DNA from: Burkholderiaceae bacterium
GTDB lineage: Bacteria; Pseudomonadota; Gammaproteobacteria; Burkholderiales; Burkholderiaceae
DNA length: 64,000 bases
Direction of reading: 5' to 3'
Assembly: GCA_031538895.1 (NCBI GenBank)
Contig: JAVKLU010000020.1
Coordinates: forward strand, 108-64,107
Positions 1 through 9,258 of the stretch are shown here, piece by piece (within the stretch, counting starts at the first letter, position 1; each line of letters starts with the position of its first letter). Under the pieces are notes generated by a model. It was not told the origin of the DNA, did no database searches, and was given only the letters and a program-made list of their open reading frames with translations. The position numbers were made by a program, and so were the translations under genes.

Positions 1-88
1 TCGTCGAAATGCCCGTTAAATCAGGTCTTAAATATCACCGCGTGATGGTGACATTGGCGACATTGGTGACATTCTCACAACTCGATTC

Positions 89-931
89 ATGAATCGTCAT
101 GATGCACTGGAATGGGCCGCTGCGCTGATCGATCTTGGCGAAGCACGCTTGTTGTTAAGCGCAGCAATTCCTTGCTCACGCGCGCAATTGGTCACACAAG
201 CTGACGATGTTTTGACGCCTGCCGCGCAACAGTCTTTTAAAGCGTGGGTAAAGGCGCGACACTTGGGGCAACCGATCGCCTATTTGTTAAAGACCCGAGA
301 GTTTTTTGGTTTGACCTTTGCCCTTGATTCGCGCGTGTTAATTCCGCGTCACGAAACTGAATTGCTGGTTGAATTGGCGATTCAGTTAAGCCCTCCCCAC
401 TCGCGTTTATTGGAATTGGGCACGGGCAGCGGCGCCGTTGCTATCGCCTTAGCGCACCATCGACGTGATTTATCCATTACGGCAATTGACAAGGACGCTG
501 ACGCACTGGAGTGCGCTCGTATCAATGCGCAAACGCACGATGTCGCGATTAGTTTTCGATTGAGCAACTGGGGTGAGGCTTTAATGAGTGAGGCGCCCGA
601 TAATGCACCCTTCGCGATGATGATCAGCAACCCACCGTATATTGCCGCGCATGACCGCCATTTGAGTCAAGGCGATTGCCGCTTTGAACCCAAGCACGCA
701 CTCACCGATGGCAGTTCGGATGGTTTGGGCGCAATCAAAAAAATTATTGATTTCGCGCACACGCATTCGGCAAAAAAATTATCAACTCGAATTTTGCTGG
801 AACACGGTTTTGATCAAGCGCCGACAGTTCGTCAGTTATTGCAACAACACCAGGCGCAAGAAGTGCAAAGTTGGCGTGATTTGGCTGGGATTGAGCGCGT
901 GACCGGCGGTATTTTTCACGCCACGACATAA
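89..931 (+). CDS. prmC: release factor glutamine-N5 methyltransferase (PrmC/HemK)
   Basis: 280-aa ORF with a SAM-binding LELGTGSGAV motif and the catalytic NPPY box (ISNPPYI). Confidence 0.85.
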   Translation: MNRHDALEWAAALIDLGEARLLLSAAIPCSRAQLVTQADDVLTPAAQQSFKAWVKARHLGQPIAYLLKTREFFGLTFALDSRVLIPRHETELLVELAIQLSPPHSRLLELGTGSGAVAIALAHHRRDLSITAIDKDADALECARINAQTHDVAISFRLSNWGEALMSEAPDNAPFAMMISNPPYIAAHDRHLSQGDCRFEPKHALTDGSSDGLGAIKKIIDFAHTHSAKKLSTRILLEHGFDQAPTVRQLLQQHQAQEVQSWRDLAGIERVTGGIFHATT

Positions 932-964
932 GTCGTTTTGATTTGAAACTTGAGACCAATCTTC

Positions 965-1693
965 ATGAAAAAAAATTTTCTTAGTTACTTATTTAGATGC
1001 TTGTGCCAGTTCTTCATCGGCGGAATTTTAAGTTTCAGTGCCGTGTCACAAGTTGCACAAGCTGCACAGGCCGCACAGCCACCAGACGCCATTGCACGAT
1101 TGCAAGACATCGTGCAAAACCTGCGCAGCAGCACCGGCGAATTCACCCAATATCGAGTGACTAAAGACGCCAATAAAGACGCCAAAAATGGCGTGAAGTT
1201 AGGACAAAAAAACAGTGGTGAATTTCAGTTTCTAAAACCTGGACGTTTTATTTGGCATTATCAAAAACCTTACGAACAATTATTGCAATCAGACGGTAAA
1301 TACTTTTATGTGTTTGATAAAGACTTAAAACAAGTCACGCGCCAAATTCTAACTACAGGATTGGGTTTTGGCGAAGCGATTGAAGCCTCGCCCGCAGGAA
1401 TTTTATTTGTTGGTTTATCCAGTTTGAATCAAAATTTTACGCTCAAAAATGTTGCCGATAAAAACGATGGTATGACTTGGGTCGAAGCGACTCCCAAAAA
1501 GTCAGGGCAATTTATTCGCGTCGGTATTGGGATGAAAAACAACACGATTGCGGTGATGGAGCTATATGACAGCTTTGGACAAGCAAGCTTGATCCAACTG
1601 GACAAAGTGCGCAGCAATCCATCTTTGAATACCGCACAATTCCATTTTGTGGTGCCTAAAGACGTTGAACTCATTGACAACCCTTTGAATTAG
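965..1693 (+). CDS. lolA: outer-membrane lipoprotein carrier protein LolA
   Basis: Signal peptide followed by a LolA-like core (GEFTQ..., FIWHYQKPYEQLLQSDGKYFYVFDKDLKQVT). ATG at 965 preferred over the TTG at 950 used by the ORF track. Confidence 0.8.
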   Translation: MKKNFLSYLFRCLCQFFIGGILSFSAVSQVAQAAQAAQPPDAIARLQDIVQNLRSSTGEFTQYRVTKDANKDAKNGVKLGQKNSGEFQFLKPGRFIWHYQKPYEQLLQSDGKYFYVFDKDLKQVTRQILTTGLGFGEAIEASPAGILFVGLSSLNQNFTLKNVADKNDGMTWVEATPKKSGQFIRVGIGMKNNTIAVMELYDSFGQASLIQLDKVRSNPSLNTAQFHFVVPKDVELIDNPLN

Positions 1694-1753
1694 GCTAATC
1701 GCACTCATCCTCTGCATTCACTCTCTGCACTCACACGATTTCTCATAATCATC

Positions 1754-3430
1754 ATGAATCTGGCACTTCTCATCAATCGCATTGCAGCCTGGCTGGGCAC
1801 TCGATTACAAAATAATTTTTATTTGTATTTGGGCGCACTTTTTTCTTTTTTTATTTTGATTGATGCCAGTGTTTTTCACGTCGGTGAAAACATGCGCCAA
1901 AAAGCCTTTGATTTAGTCGTAAAGCAACGCATCATCGTTCCCAAACCGGATTCCGACATCATTATTGTAGACATTGATGAAAAAAGTATTGCCGCGTTGG
2001 CGCAGGAATATGGCCGTTGGCCGTGGCCGCGCCAAGTGTTTGCTGAGTTCATCGAAAAAGTGAATCAACAAAATCCCAAAGCAATTGTGTTTGATGTGCT
2101 CTTTAGCGATCCGGATATACAAAATCCCGATAGCGATGCCTACTTTGATCGAATAATTGCCGCGTCAAACAATACCTATTTTTCTTTCTTGCGCTTATCC
2201 GCGTCTGATGACAAATTAAGTCAAATCAAGCCCTCGATGATTGCGAGCATCCGCGAACTTTCCAGTAAAAGCGGCAATCCTGATGCGACCCTCGCCCTCG
2301 TTTTGCCGAACTTTGTCTCGGCCTTACAAAGCAATCGCATGGGAACGATCAATATCTCACCGGATAAAGATGGTGTCGTGCGCGAATATCCTTTGTGGGG
2401 CGGTGAATACGGTTGGCGCCTGCCCTCTTTGCCCTTAAGCGTCGGGGAAAACTTAATGCGGGGTGACAAACCACTGACTCAAAATCAAACAGAGATTCCA
2501 CAAAAAATACTGCTCAATTGGCGTGGCAAACCCTATACCTATCGCTACGTCAGTTTTTCCGATGTTTTCAAAGATTTAAGTCTGGAACATCCAACCCGAC
2601 CAGCGAATGAATTCGCCAACAAAATTCTGCTGATTGGTTCCACCGCCGCGAGTTTGTCCGACATCAAAGCAACCAGTATGAGTCCCGTTTTTCCGGGCGT
2701 TGAGATTTTGGCAACGGCGATTGATAACTTCAAAAATCAAGATTACTTAAGCACCTGGCAAGGGCTACTGCCTTACGTCTTATTCAGTTTTATTTTATTG
2801 TGGTTAACCGCGATTTCATTCTTTAAAAACTTCAATCGCGACAAAGTCAATCGCACCTTTAGCCTTGGACAGCTGTCTTTATTGATCAGCTCCTATATCA
2901 CGATCAATTTAATCGGTTGGTATTTAGATGTCACCGGACCGATCACCTGGGCAGTTTTGTATTTCAGTGTGGCAAAAATTTATGCACTGGTCACCGAACG
3001 CGCTCTGCAACGCGATTGGCTGAATGCTATTTCCGCGCCGCAAGAGCACATTCACATTTTGGCCTTGCTACCTTTTTCTGACGATACCTTGGTCAGGGCC
3101 GCCGATTTGCAAAAAGTTAAAAAAAATCTGGAACGCACTTGGCGTCGCCAACACGGTAAAAAATTGTTGATGGTGTCTATCTTGAACGGACAGCAGCAAA
3201 ATTTGTGGAGCCTGTATACCTATGTCATTTTAGTGTCGTGGACTTATACCGATGTCAGCACTTTGGCTGCGGATCAACTGGCACTGATCAAGGGCTTACG
3301 TGCACAGAGTTCGCTAAAAATCAGTGATTCTTTGCGTCAAGGCAGCCACGATTTGACGATCAATCCCCACGATACCCCTTTGAATCAATGGCGTCATGCC
3401 AGCACGCAAGCCTTGCTGAATTTACAGTGA
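1754..3430 (+). CDS. CHASE2 domain-containing membrane sensor protein
   Basis: N-terminal TM helix, then a CHASE2-type block (IIIVDIDEKSI...YGRWPWPRQVFAEFIEKV...IVFDVLFSDPD). A cluster of TM helices follows, then a C-terminal region of about 130 aa I do not recognise. Confidence 0.75.
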   Translation: MNLALLINRIAAWLGTRLQNNFYLYLGALFSFFILIDASVFHVGENMRQKAFDLVVKQRIIVPKPDSDIIIVDIDEKSIAALAQEYGRWPWPRQVFAEFIEKVNQQNPKAIVFDVLFSDPDIQNPDSDAYFDRIIAASNNTYFSFLRLSASDDKLSQIKPSMIASIRELSSKSGNPDATLALVLPNFVSALQSNRMGTINISPDKDGVVREYPLWGGEYGWRLPSLPLSVGENLMRGDKPLTQNQTEIPQKILLNWRGKPYTYRYVSFSDVFKDLSLEHPTRPANEFANKILLIGSTAASLSDIKATSMSPVFPGVEILATAIDNFKNQDYLSTWQGLLPYVLFSFILLWLTAISFFKNFNRDKVNRTFSLGQLSLLISSYITINLIGWYLDVTGPITWAVLYFSVAKIYALVTERALQRDWLNAISAPQEHIHILALLPFSDDTLVRAADLQKVKKNLERTWRRQHGKKLLMVSILNGQQQNLWSLYTYVILVSWTYTDVSTLAADQLALIKGLRAQSSLKISDSLRQGSHDLTINPHDTPLNQWRHASTQALLNLQ

Positions 3431-3450
3431 TGTCTAATTTTTAAATCACG

Positions 3451-6258
3451 ATGCAGCGGATTGATTTATTACCCCAGTCTCATTTTTGGGATCAATTGAT
3501 CGCGCTTGTCCGCCGCCAGATTTTTTCGCAGGAGGCGCGCGATACCGTTTTAATTGTCCTACCCACTACAGCGCAAGCGCAACATTTTCAGACTGTACTC
3601 AAGCCTACGACCGATGGTGCACAGATTCTCAAGCGTGTGGAAATTGTTCATAAGCAAGGCCTCGAATCAGTGCACGATGCCGCGCAGACGCGATTGACAC
3701 AAATCCATCACCTGCTTGAACAATTGCGTAGTCTCGATAATTTAAAAGCTGTCTTTCGCACGCACAGCGAAGCGCAAGTCTTAGATTTGGCGGCATCTTT
3801 GACGCAGTTGTGCGAACAATTAAGCGCGACACTATTGCCTCGTCATAAAGACGCATGGCAACGCGCGCTCGATCCTTTTTTACAACAACTCAATCCCCGT
3901 TTGCGCGAACCTTTATCGCAAGAAGCCCATTTGATTTGGCAGATTTGGCAAACTCAAACACACAGCGTAGTAGCGCAACAAAGCCGGGCATGGCTAAAAC
4001 GCGCAAAAAACCTCGCACAAACCCAAGTGATTTGGTTAAGCACGGGACGATTAACACCGCTAGAACAGCAGTTTTTAAGTGCACTGACGCGCGATCCGCT
4101 GGTGGTTTACGTCAATCCGACCGCCACTGCGGCGGCACGTGCTCTGTGGCGAAAAAATTTGGTCATTACTCAAGAATTACCGGCATGGCTTAATTACGAT
4201 TTGATGAATGCCTTTGATTGTGCAGACACAGTGAGTGTGAACATCGCGACTGATTTATTCGATGATTCAAATGAACGATCAAATGAAAATTTGAATGAAA
4301 GTTTGAATGAGCGTTCCAATGAAAATTCATCGACACCCAATGAGGTTCTTGAGTTCGCTGCTATCGAATTGATCCAAGCGGCACATCTTGAAGATGAGGC
4401 GCAACGCGCGTGCCAAACCATCGTTCAATGGCGTAATCGCGGCACAAAAAATATTGCGCTCGTCACTTTAGATCGTGTGATCGCGCGGCGCATCACCGCC
4501 TTATTGGCGCGACAAAAAATTATCATCATTGACGAGCTTGGTTGGCCCTTGGACAGTAGTCACGCCGCGACCTTGATTCATGGACTCTTGCAATTACATT
4601 TACCACAAACGCCCTTATCTACTTTGATTGATGTCTTGCATCACGCCAGTCATTATTTGCCCAATATTCCGTGGTCTGACATCGCGGTACTAGAGCAGCT
4701 CGCGGCGAAAAATTTGACGCCCTGGCGCGATTTACCGATGAGCGCATCATTATCAAAATGGATCAATCAGCTTTACACCCCTGCGCTGACGCGCACGCAC
4801 AGCATTGCTGATTGGGGTAATGCCCTGTATCAATTTTTAGAAAAACTCGCACTAATTGAACCTTTAAGTTCCAGTATTGATGGCAAAGCCTGTCTTGATA
4901 GTTTGAGTTCTCTGACGCGCTTGTCTGATACGCCCCCGCTAGATTTACGCGGTTTTCTGACGCATTTGGAATGGTTGTGGCATCAAGAATTTTTTGAATC
5001 CAATAGCACCGTGACAACGTCAACCTCTCCCAAGGACGATAGGGATGCCATGCACGATTCTGCCGTTCATCTCATGTCTTTATCGGGTGCGATTTTGCCC
5101 GCATTTGATGCCGTACTGATCGTCGGCGCGGGTGTTGACACCTTACCCGAACGCGCGAGTGAACAGGGATTTTTTTCATCCGAAGTCAAACGTGAATTAG
5201 GACTTTTTAGTGCGCATGATCATTTGATGCAGCAAGTATTCAACTTCACCTGCACCTTAATGAGTTGCGCCCAAGTAGTGATCACGACCCGTCCGCGCAA
5301 TGGCGAAAAATCAGGCGGATCGCATTGGTTGGCGTGGATGAATGATGCGCATCAACACACGATCAATTCTGAGGAGCCGCTCACGCCCATCTCTGCATTG
5401 AATCCAATCAGCACGGAAATCAATAAACAAAGCGCGACTCCAAAAATGCGACGCGCGACGGCCCCGAAATTGTTACCGCGCTATTTGTCCGCACAAGCGT
5501 GGCAAAGTTTGCAAGACTGCCCTTTTCAGTTTTATGCGCGTTATATGCTGGAGTTAAAACCGGCACAAGAAGCGCAAGAGACACCAGACAAACGAGAGTA
5601 CGGCATTTGGTTACACGATATTTTTCATCGTTGGCATCAGGCCGGTGGAAGCAGTGGTAGCCTGACGCTGCACGCATTAGCGGGGCAAGTGTTTACAGAA
5701 AAATTGGCCCTTTACGGCGAAGCATTGGCGTATGAATGTCGCTTTTTAAAACTGATTGACGTGTATTTAGAAGACGACGTCAAAAGGCGTTTGGCAGGTT
5801 GGACATTTTTTGCCGCTGAACAGACGTTTGAAAAAACACTGCACCGCGCCGACGGTAGCGCGCTCATTTCTTTGCGCGGGCGCATTGATCGCATTGATCA
5901 ACAAAAGATAGGTTCAGATGTGGCGACAACAAGCGTGATTGATTACAAAACACAAACTGAACAAAAACTGCGCGAATGGATCACTAACACCGATAAACAA
6001 CAATTGGCGTTTTATGCGCTGCTGTTAAAAAACGATGTGCCGGGCCCGATTGACGCCGCGTATTACGCGATGACACCGACCGCAAAAAAAAGTGGTTGGG
6101 TTGATGCGCCTGATATTGAAGGGCTTGGCAAGGCACTGGAAAAACTAATGATTCACACACTGGACGCGATTGCAAACACCGCGCCCTTACCCGCGCATGG
6201 AACTTTTGCAAGCTGCCGCTATTGCGAGATGCGCGGAATTTGTCGGCGTTCTTTGTAA
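3451..6258 (+). CDS. PD-(D/E)XK nuclease family protein, AddB-like subunit
   Basis: 935 aa. C-terminal RecB-type nuclease signature (GRIDRID...VIDYKT) flanked by Cys residues (DCPF...CRYCEMRGIC) as in the AddB Fe-S nuclease domain. Directly upstream of a UvrD-type helicase gene. Confidence 0.7.
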   Translation: MQRIDLLPQSHFWDQLIALVRRQIFSQEARDTVLIVLPTTAQAQHFQTVLKPTTDGAQILKRVEIVHKQGLESVHDAAQTRLTQIHHLLEQLRSLDNLKAVFRTHSEAQVLDLAASLTQLCEQLSATLLPRHKDAWQRALDPFLQQLNPRLREPLSQEAHLIWQIWQTQTHSVVAQQSRAWLKRAKNLAQTQVIWLSTGRLTPLEQQFLSALTRDPLVVYVNPTATAAARALWRKNLVITQELPAWLNYDLMNAFDCADTVSVNIATDLFDDSNERSNENLNESLNERSNENSSTPNEVLEFAAIELIQAAHLEDEAQRACQTIVQWRNRGTKNIALVTLDRVIARRITALLARQKIIIIDELGWPLDSSHAATLIHGLLQLHLPQTPLSTLIDVLHHASHYLPNIPWSDIAVLEQLAAKNLTPWRDLPMSASLSKWINQLYTPALTRTHSIADWGNALYQFLEKLALIEPLSSSIDGKACLDSLSSLTRLSDTPPLDLRGFLTHLEWLWHQEFFESNSTVTTSTSPKDDRDAMHDSAVHLMSLSGAILPAFDAVLIVGAGVDTLPERASEQGFFSSEVKRELGLFSAHDHLMQQVFNFTCTLMSCAQVVITTRPRNGEKSGGSHWLAWMNDAHQHTINSEEPLTPISALNPISTEINKQSATPKMRRATAPKLLPRYLSAQAWQSLQDCPFQFYARYMLELKPAQEAQETPDKREYGIWLHDIFHRWHQAGGSSGSLTLHALAGQVFTEKLALYGEALAYECRFLKLIDVYLEDDVKRRLAGWTFFAAEQTFEKTLHRADGSALISLRGRIDRIDQQKIGSDVATTSVIDYKTQTEQKLREWITNTDKQQLAFYALLLKNDVPGPIDAAYYAMTPTAKKSGWVDAPDIEGLGKALEKLMIHTLDAIANTAPLPAHGTFASCRYCEMRGICRRSL

Positions 6259-6329
6259 TTGCTGCAATTGTTGAAGTTATCGAAGCTGTCGCTTTAATTT
6301 TATGTCAATCAAAATTTATTGATTCATCC

Positions 6330-9113
6330 ATGCCCGCTTTTTTTTACAACGAACAGGCCACCGATAGCGCACAATTCACCGCGCTGGCGACTGACCCCAG
6401 CTATTCAGTAGCGATCGAGGCGTGCGCCGGCAGCGGCAAAACCACTTTATTAGTCGCGCGCATCACCAAAATTTTATTAAGCGGCGTAAAACCAGATGAA
6501 ATTTTGGCCATCTCTTTTACGCGCAAAGCCGCCGCAGAAATTTTGGAACGTGTGCAACAGATGTTGCAGTACTTGGCGCAAGAGTCTGACGACAAAGTGA
6601 TTGCGCGCTTGGCAGCGATGCAAATTGATCACCCCGAACGACAACTTGAGGCCGCACGCCAGTTGTATCCATTAGCGTTTGGGCAAGGATGCGGTTTAAG
6701 CATTACCACTTTTCATGGTTGGTTTGTGTCTTTGCTCAAGCAATTGCCATTGTCGTCCGGCGTCACGCCAGCATTTAATTTGCTGGAAAACGACGCGCAT
6801 TTTCGCGACATCGTTTGGCATCGTTGGATAAATTTGCGCTTGCCAGCGCAAATGCAGGATTTGCGCACACTTTACATGGCGCTTGGTGATCGCCAAACGC
6901 ATCATTTATTAAATGCTTTTATCGCCTACCGCGCAGAATGGCGCTTGGCGACCTATCACGATAGCCCCGAAGTCTATTCTGATCATGATGCAGACTCGAC
7001 TGAGTTAACCCCGTATCAGTGGTTAAAAGATTTATTCGGCACTGATGGTCAGCGTGATCCGCGCTATGATTTTTTTACACCCGAACATTGCGCGCAACTA
7101 CAAACGCTCGCCAGCACTTTGGGACAAGGAAGCGACGCGCAACAAAATAAAGCGCGTGCGATTGAGGCGGTATTAAGCACAATACCCGTCGATGATGAAT
7201 CAGCACTGACACGTTTTGACGCGATTAAATCAATTTTTTTAACGCAAAAAAATGAACCTTCAAAACCTTTAAAAGTCAAAATTTCTTTCGACGAATTTGC
7301 CGCATCATGGGAGTCGATGGGTGTAATGATTGCCGATTTTTTGCATCGCAGTGAAGATACCTTATTGTTGAGTTTGCATGCGCCATTGATGCGTTTAGGA
7401 CATCATTTGGTGAACTTTTATCAGAGCGAAAAAAATGATGCGCGAGTGTTAGATTTTGCCGATCTGGAATTTGAAATGCTGCGTTTAATGTGCGAAGAGG
7501 AATACGCCGCCTATTTTCAAGCCCGTTTAGAAACGCGTTGCCGTCACATTTTGATTGATGAGTTTCAAGACACCAACCCTTTGCAATGGCATGTTTTGTA
7601 CGCCTGGTTGCAAGGTTATGTCGAAGTCGGCGAAGCTATTCCCACCTTGTTTTTAGTTGGCGATCCCAAACAATCAATTTATCGATTTCGACGCGCTGAT
7701 CCGCGCGTGTTCGATACCGCACAACAGTGGTTGCGCACACATATTGCCAACAGTATTTTTTTGCGCACCGACCACACTTGGCGCAATGCGCCGGCGATCA
7801 CGAGCACGCTCAATCAATTATTTGCCCACAATCCACGTTACCACCCCCATAGCAGTGGCGCGACTGACGACAATATGGCCGCCGTCACCGTATTGCCTTT
7901 AATACAAGCCGCTCCCAAAGAAGTGCGCGATACCACTGAAGTGACGGTTTTGCGTAATCCATTGCACTATCCCGCAGTAGAGCACGAACAACATTTGCGC
8001 GAAATTGAAGGACAACAGATTTGCGCAATGCTGATCGCCGCACAAAAAACACATCATTTTGCGTGGAATGAAGTTTTGTTGTTGATGCGTACGCGCTCGC
8101 ATCTGGCTGATTACGAAGAGGCGTTTCGTGCCGCCGGAATTCCGTTTTCATCGGATCGAAAAAATTCTTGGCAAGAGTCACTCGAAGTGTCTGATTTTTT
8201 AGCGCTCGCGCGTTTTGTTTTGTTTCAAGACGATCATGCCCTGGCACACGTTTTATCCAGTCCAATGTTTGATTGGCCAAACGAACGTTTGAGCGCGTTA
8301 GCGTACTTTGTCAAAACACAAAAACAGACACTCAACACTGGCGAGCGCGCCACCCTGTCTTGGTTTAGCACCCTGCCCGAATTTTTACAACAATGTGATG
8401 AGTCAGCAGATTCGATCACCCTGATTCAACAACATTGGCAATTACTCCTTGATTGGATAGACGCGGCGCGGCGTTTATCGATTCATGATTTTTTTGATTC
8501 GGTATTTGCCCGCGCCGATGTGCCCGCGTGTTATTGGCGCAACACACCCTCACATGAGCACGCGCAAATCGAACGCAATCTATACGCCTTGCTGCACGCA
8601 AGTTTGTCGTTTAACGCCGGACGCTATCCGCGCTTGGCCGATTTTGTCGCTCAATTTGGCACGCTGTCTGATGACGCGCTACCGGCCAGCCACGACGATG
8701 GCGTGCAATTTATGACCATCCACGGGGCGAAAGGAAAAGAAGCGCAAGTGGTGGTTTTATTAAACAGTAACACCTCAAACTCATTTGACAAATTAGATTT
8801 GTTAATTGACTGGCCACTCGAACAGGCGCATCCCACACACATCTCGGCGTTTTGGAATAAAGATGTTCGCGGTGTGGCGCGCAATGCGCTGTTCGCTCAA
8901 GAACAGCATTACGCCCAACAAGAAGAATGGAATTTGTTTTATGTCGCGTGCACCCGCGCCAAAAAATTACTGATTTTTTCCGCAGTTGCAAATGGTAAAA
9001 AATCCAGTTCTAAGGGCCTAGATGAAGACAGTTGGTATGGACAAATTTCGTCTGTGATTTCGTCTGCGATTTCGTCTGTGATACGACCGCCAGAAACCCC
9101 AGTTTCTGACTGA
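6330..9113 (+). CDS. UvrD/AddA-like ATP-dependent helicase
   Basis: Walker A (ACAGSGKTT), DEFQD box (LIDEFQDTN), GDPKQSIYRFR, and motif VI (LFYVACTRAKKLL). ATG at 6330 (MPAFFYNEQ) preferred over the overlapping upstream start at 6222. Confidence 0.7.
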   Translation: MPAFFYNEQATDSAQFTALATDPSYSVAIEACAGSGKTTLLVARITKILLSGVKPDEILAISFTRKAAAEILERVQQMLQYLAQESDDKVIARLAAMQIDHPERQLEAARQLYPLAFGQGCGLSITTFHGWFVSLLKQLPLSSGVTPAFNLLENDAHFRDIVWHRWINLRLPAQMQDLRTLYMALGDRQTHHLLNAFIAYRAEWRLATYHDSPEVYSDHDADSTELTPYQWLKDLFGTDGQRDPRYDFFTPEHCAQLQTLASTLGQGSDAQQNKARAIEAVLSTIPVDDESALTRFDAIKSIFLTQKNEPSKPLKVKISFDEFAASWESMGVMIADFLHRSEDTLLLSLHAPLMRLGHHLVNFYQSEKNDARVLDFADLEFEMLRLMCEEEYAAYFQARLETRCRHILIDEFQDTNPLQWHVLYAWLQGYVEVGEAIPTLFLVGDPKQSIYRFRRADPRVFDTAQQWLRTHIANSIFLRTDHTWRNAPAITSTLNQLFAHNPRYHPHSSGATDDNMAAVTVLPLIQAAPKEVRDTTEVTVLRNPLHYPAVEHEQHLREIEGQQICAMLIAAQKTHHFAWNEVLLLMRTRSHLADYEEAFRAAGIPFSSDRKNSWQESLEVSDFLALARFVLFQDDHALAHVLSSPMFDWPNERLSALAYFVKTQKQTLNTGERATLSWFSTLPEFLQQCDESADSITLIQQHWQLLLDWIDAARRLSIHDFFDSVFARADVPACYWRNTPSHEHAQIERNLYALLHASLSFNAGRYPRLADFVAQFGTLSDDALPASHDDGVQFMTIHGAKGKEAQVVVLLNSNTSNSFDKLDLLIDWPLEQAHPTHISAFWNKDVRGVARNALFAQEQHYAQQEEWNLFYVACTRAKKLLIFSAVANGKKSSSKGLDEDSWYGQISSVISSAISSVIRPPETPVSD

Positions 9114-9258
9114 AATATGCCCTTTTTGACTTTTGGATGTGAAATCAATTAAAGAGTAAAATGCTGGGCTGCACAAAACCGTATCTTTAGGAGCAACAAG
9201 TACCCCGAAGCAATACGGTTTGATGATCATTTTATTCAATTTATCCGCCAATATTCTC

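Noticed and set aside
4255-4330. Repetitive SNERSNENLNESLNERSNENSS segment in the AddB-like protein, as a possible separate element.
   Set aside because: It is in frame and short. It looks like a low-complexity insertion in a linker rather than an independent feature.
7885-8280. 131-aa antisense ORF within the helicase gene, and a 124-aa antisense ORF within gyrA (10995-11369).
   Set aside because: They are fully embedded antisense to strongly supported genes and have no recognisable motifs.
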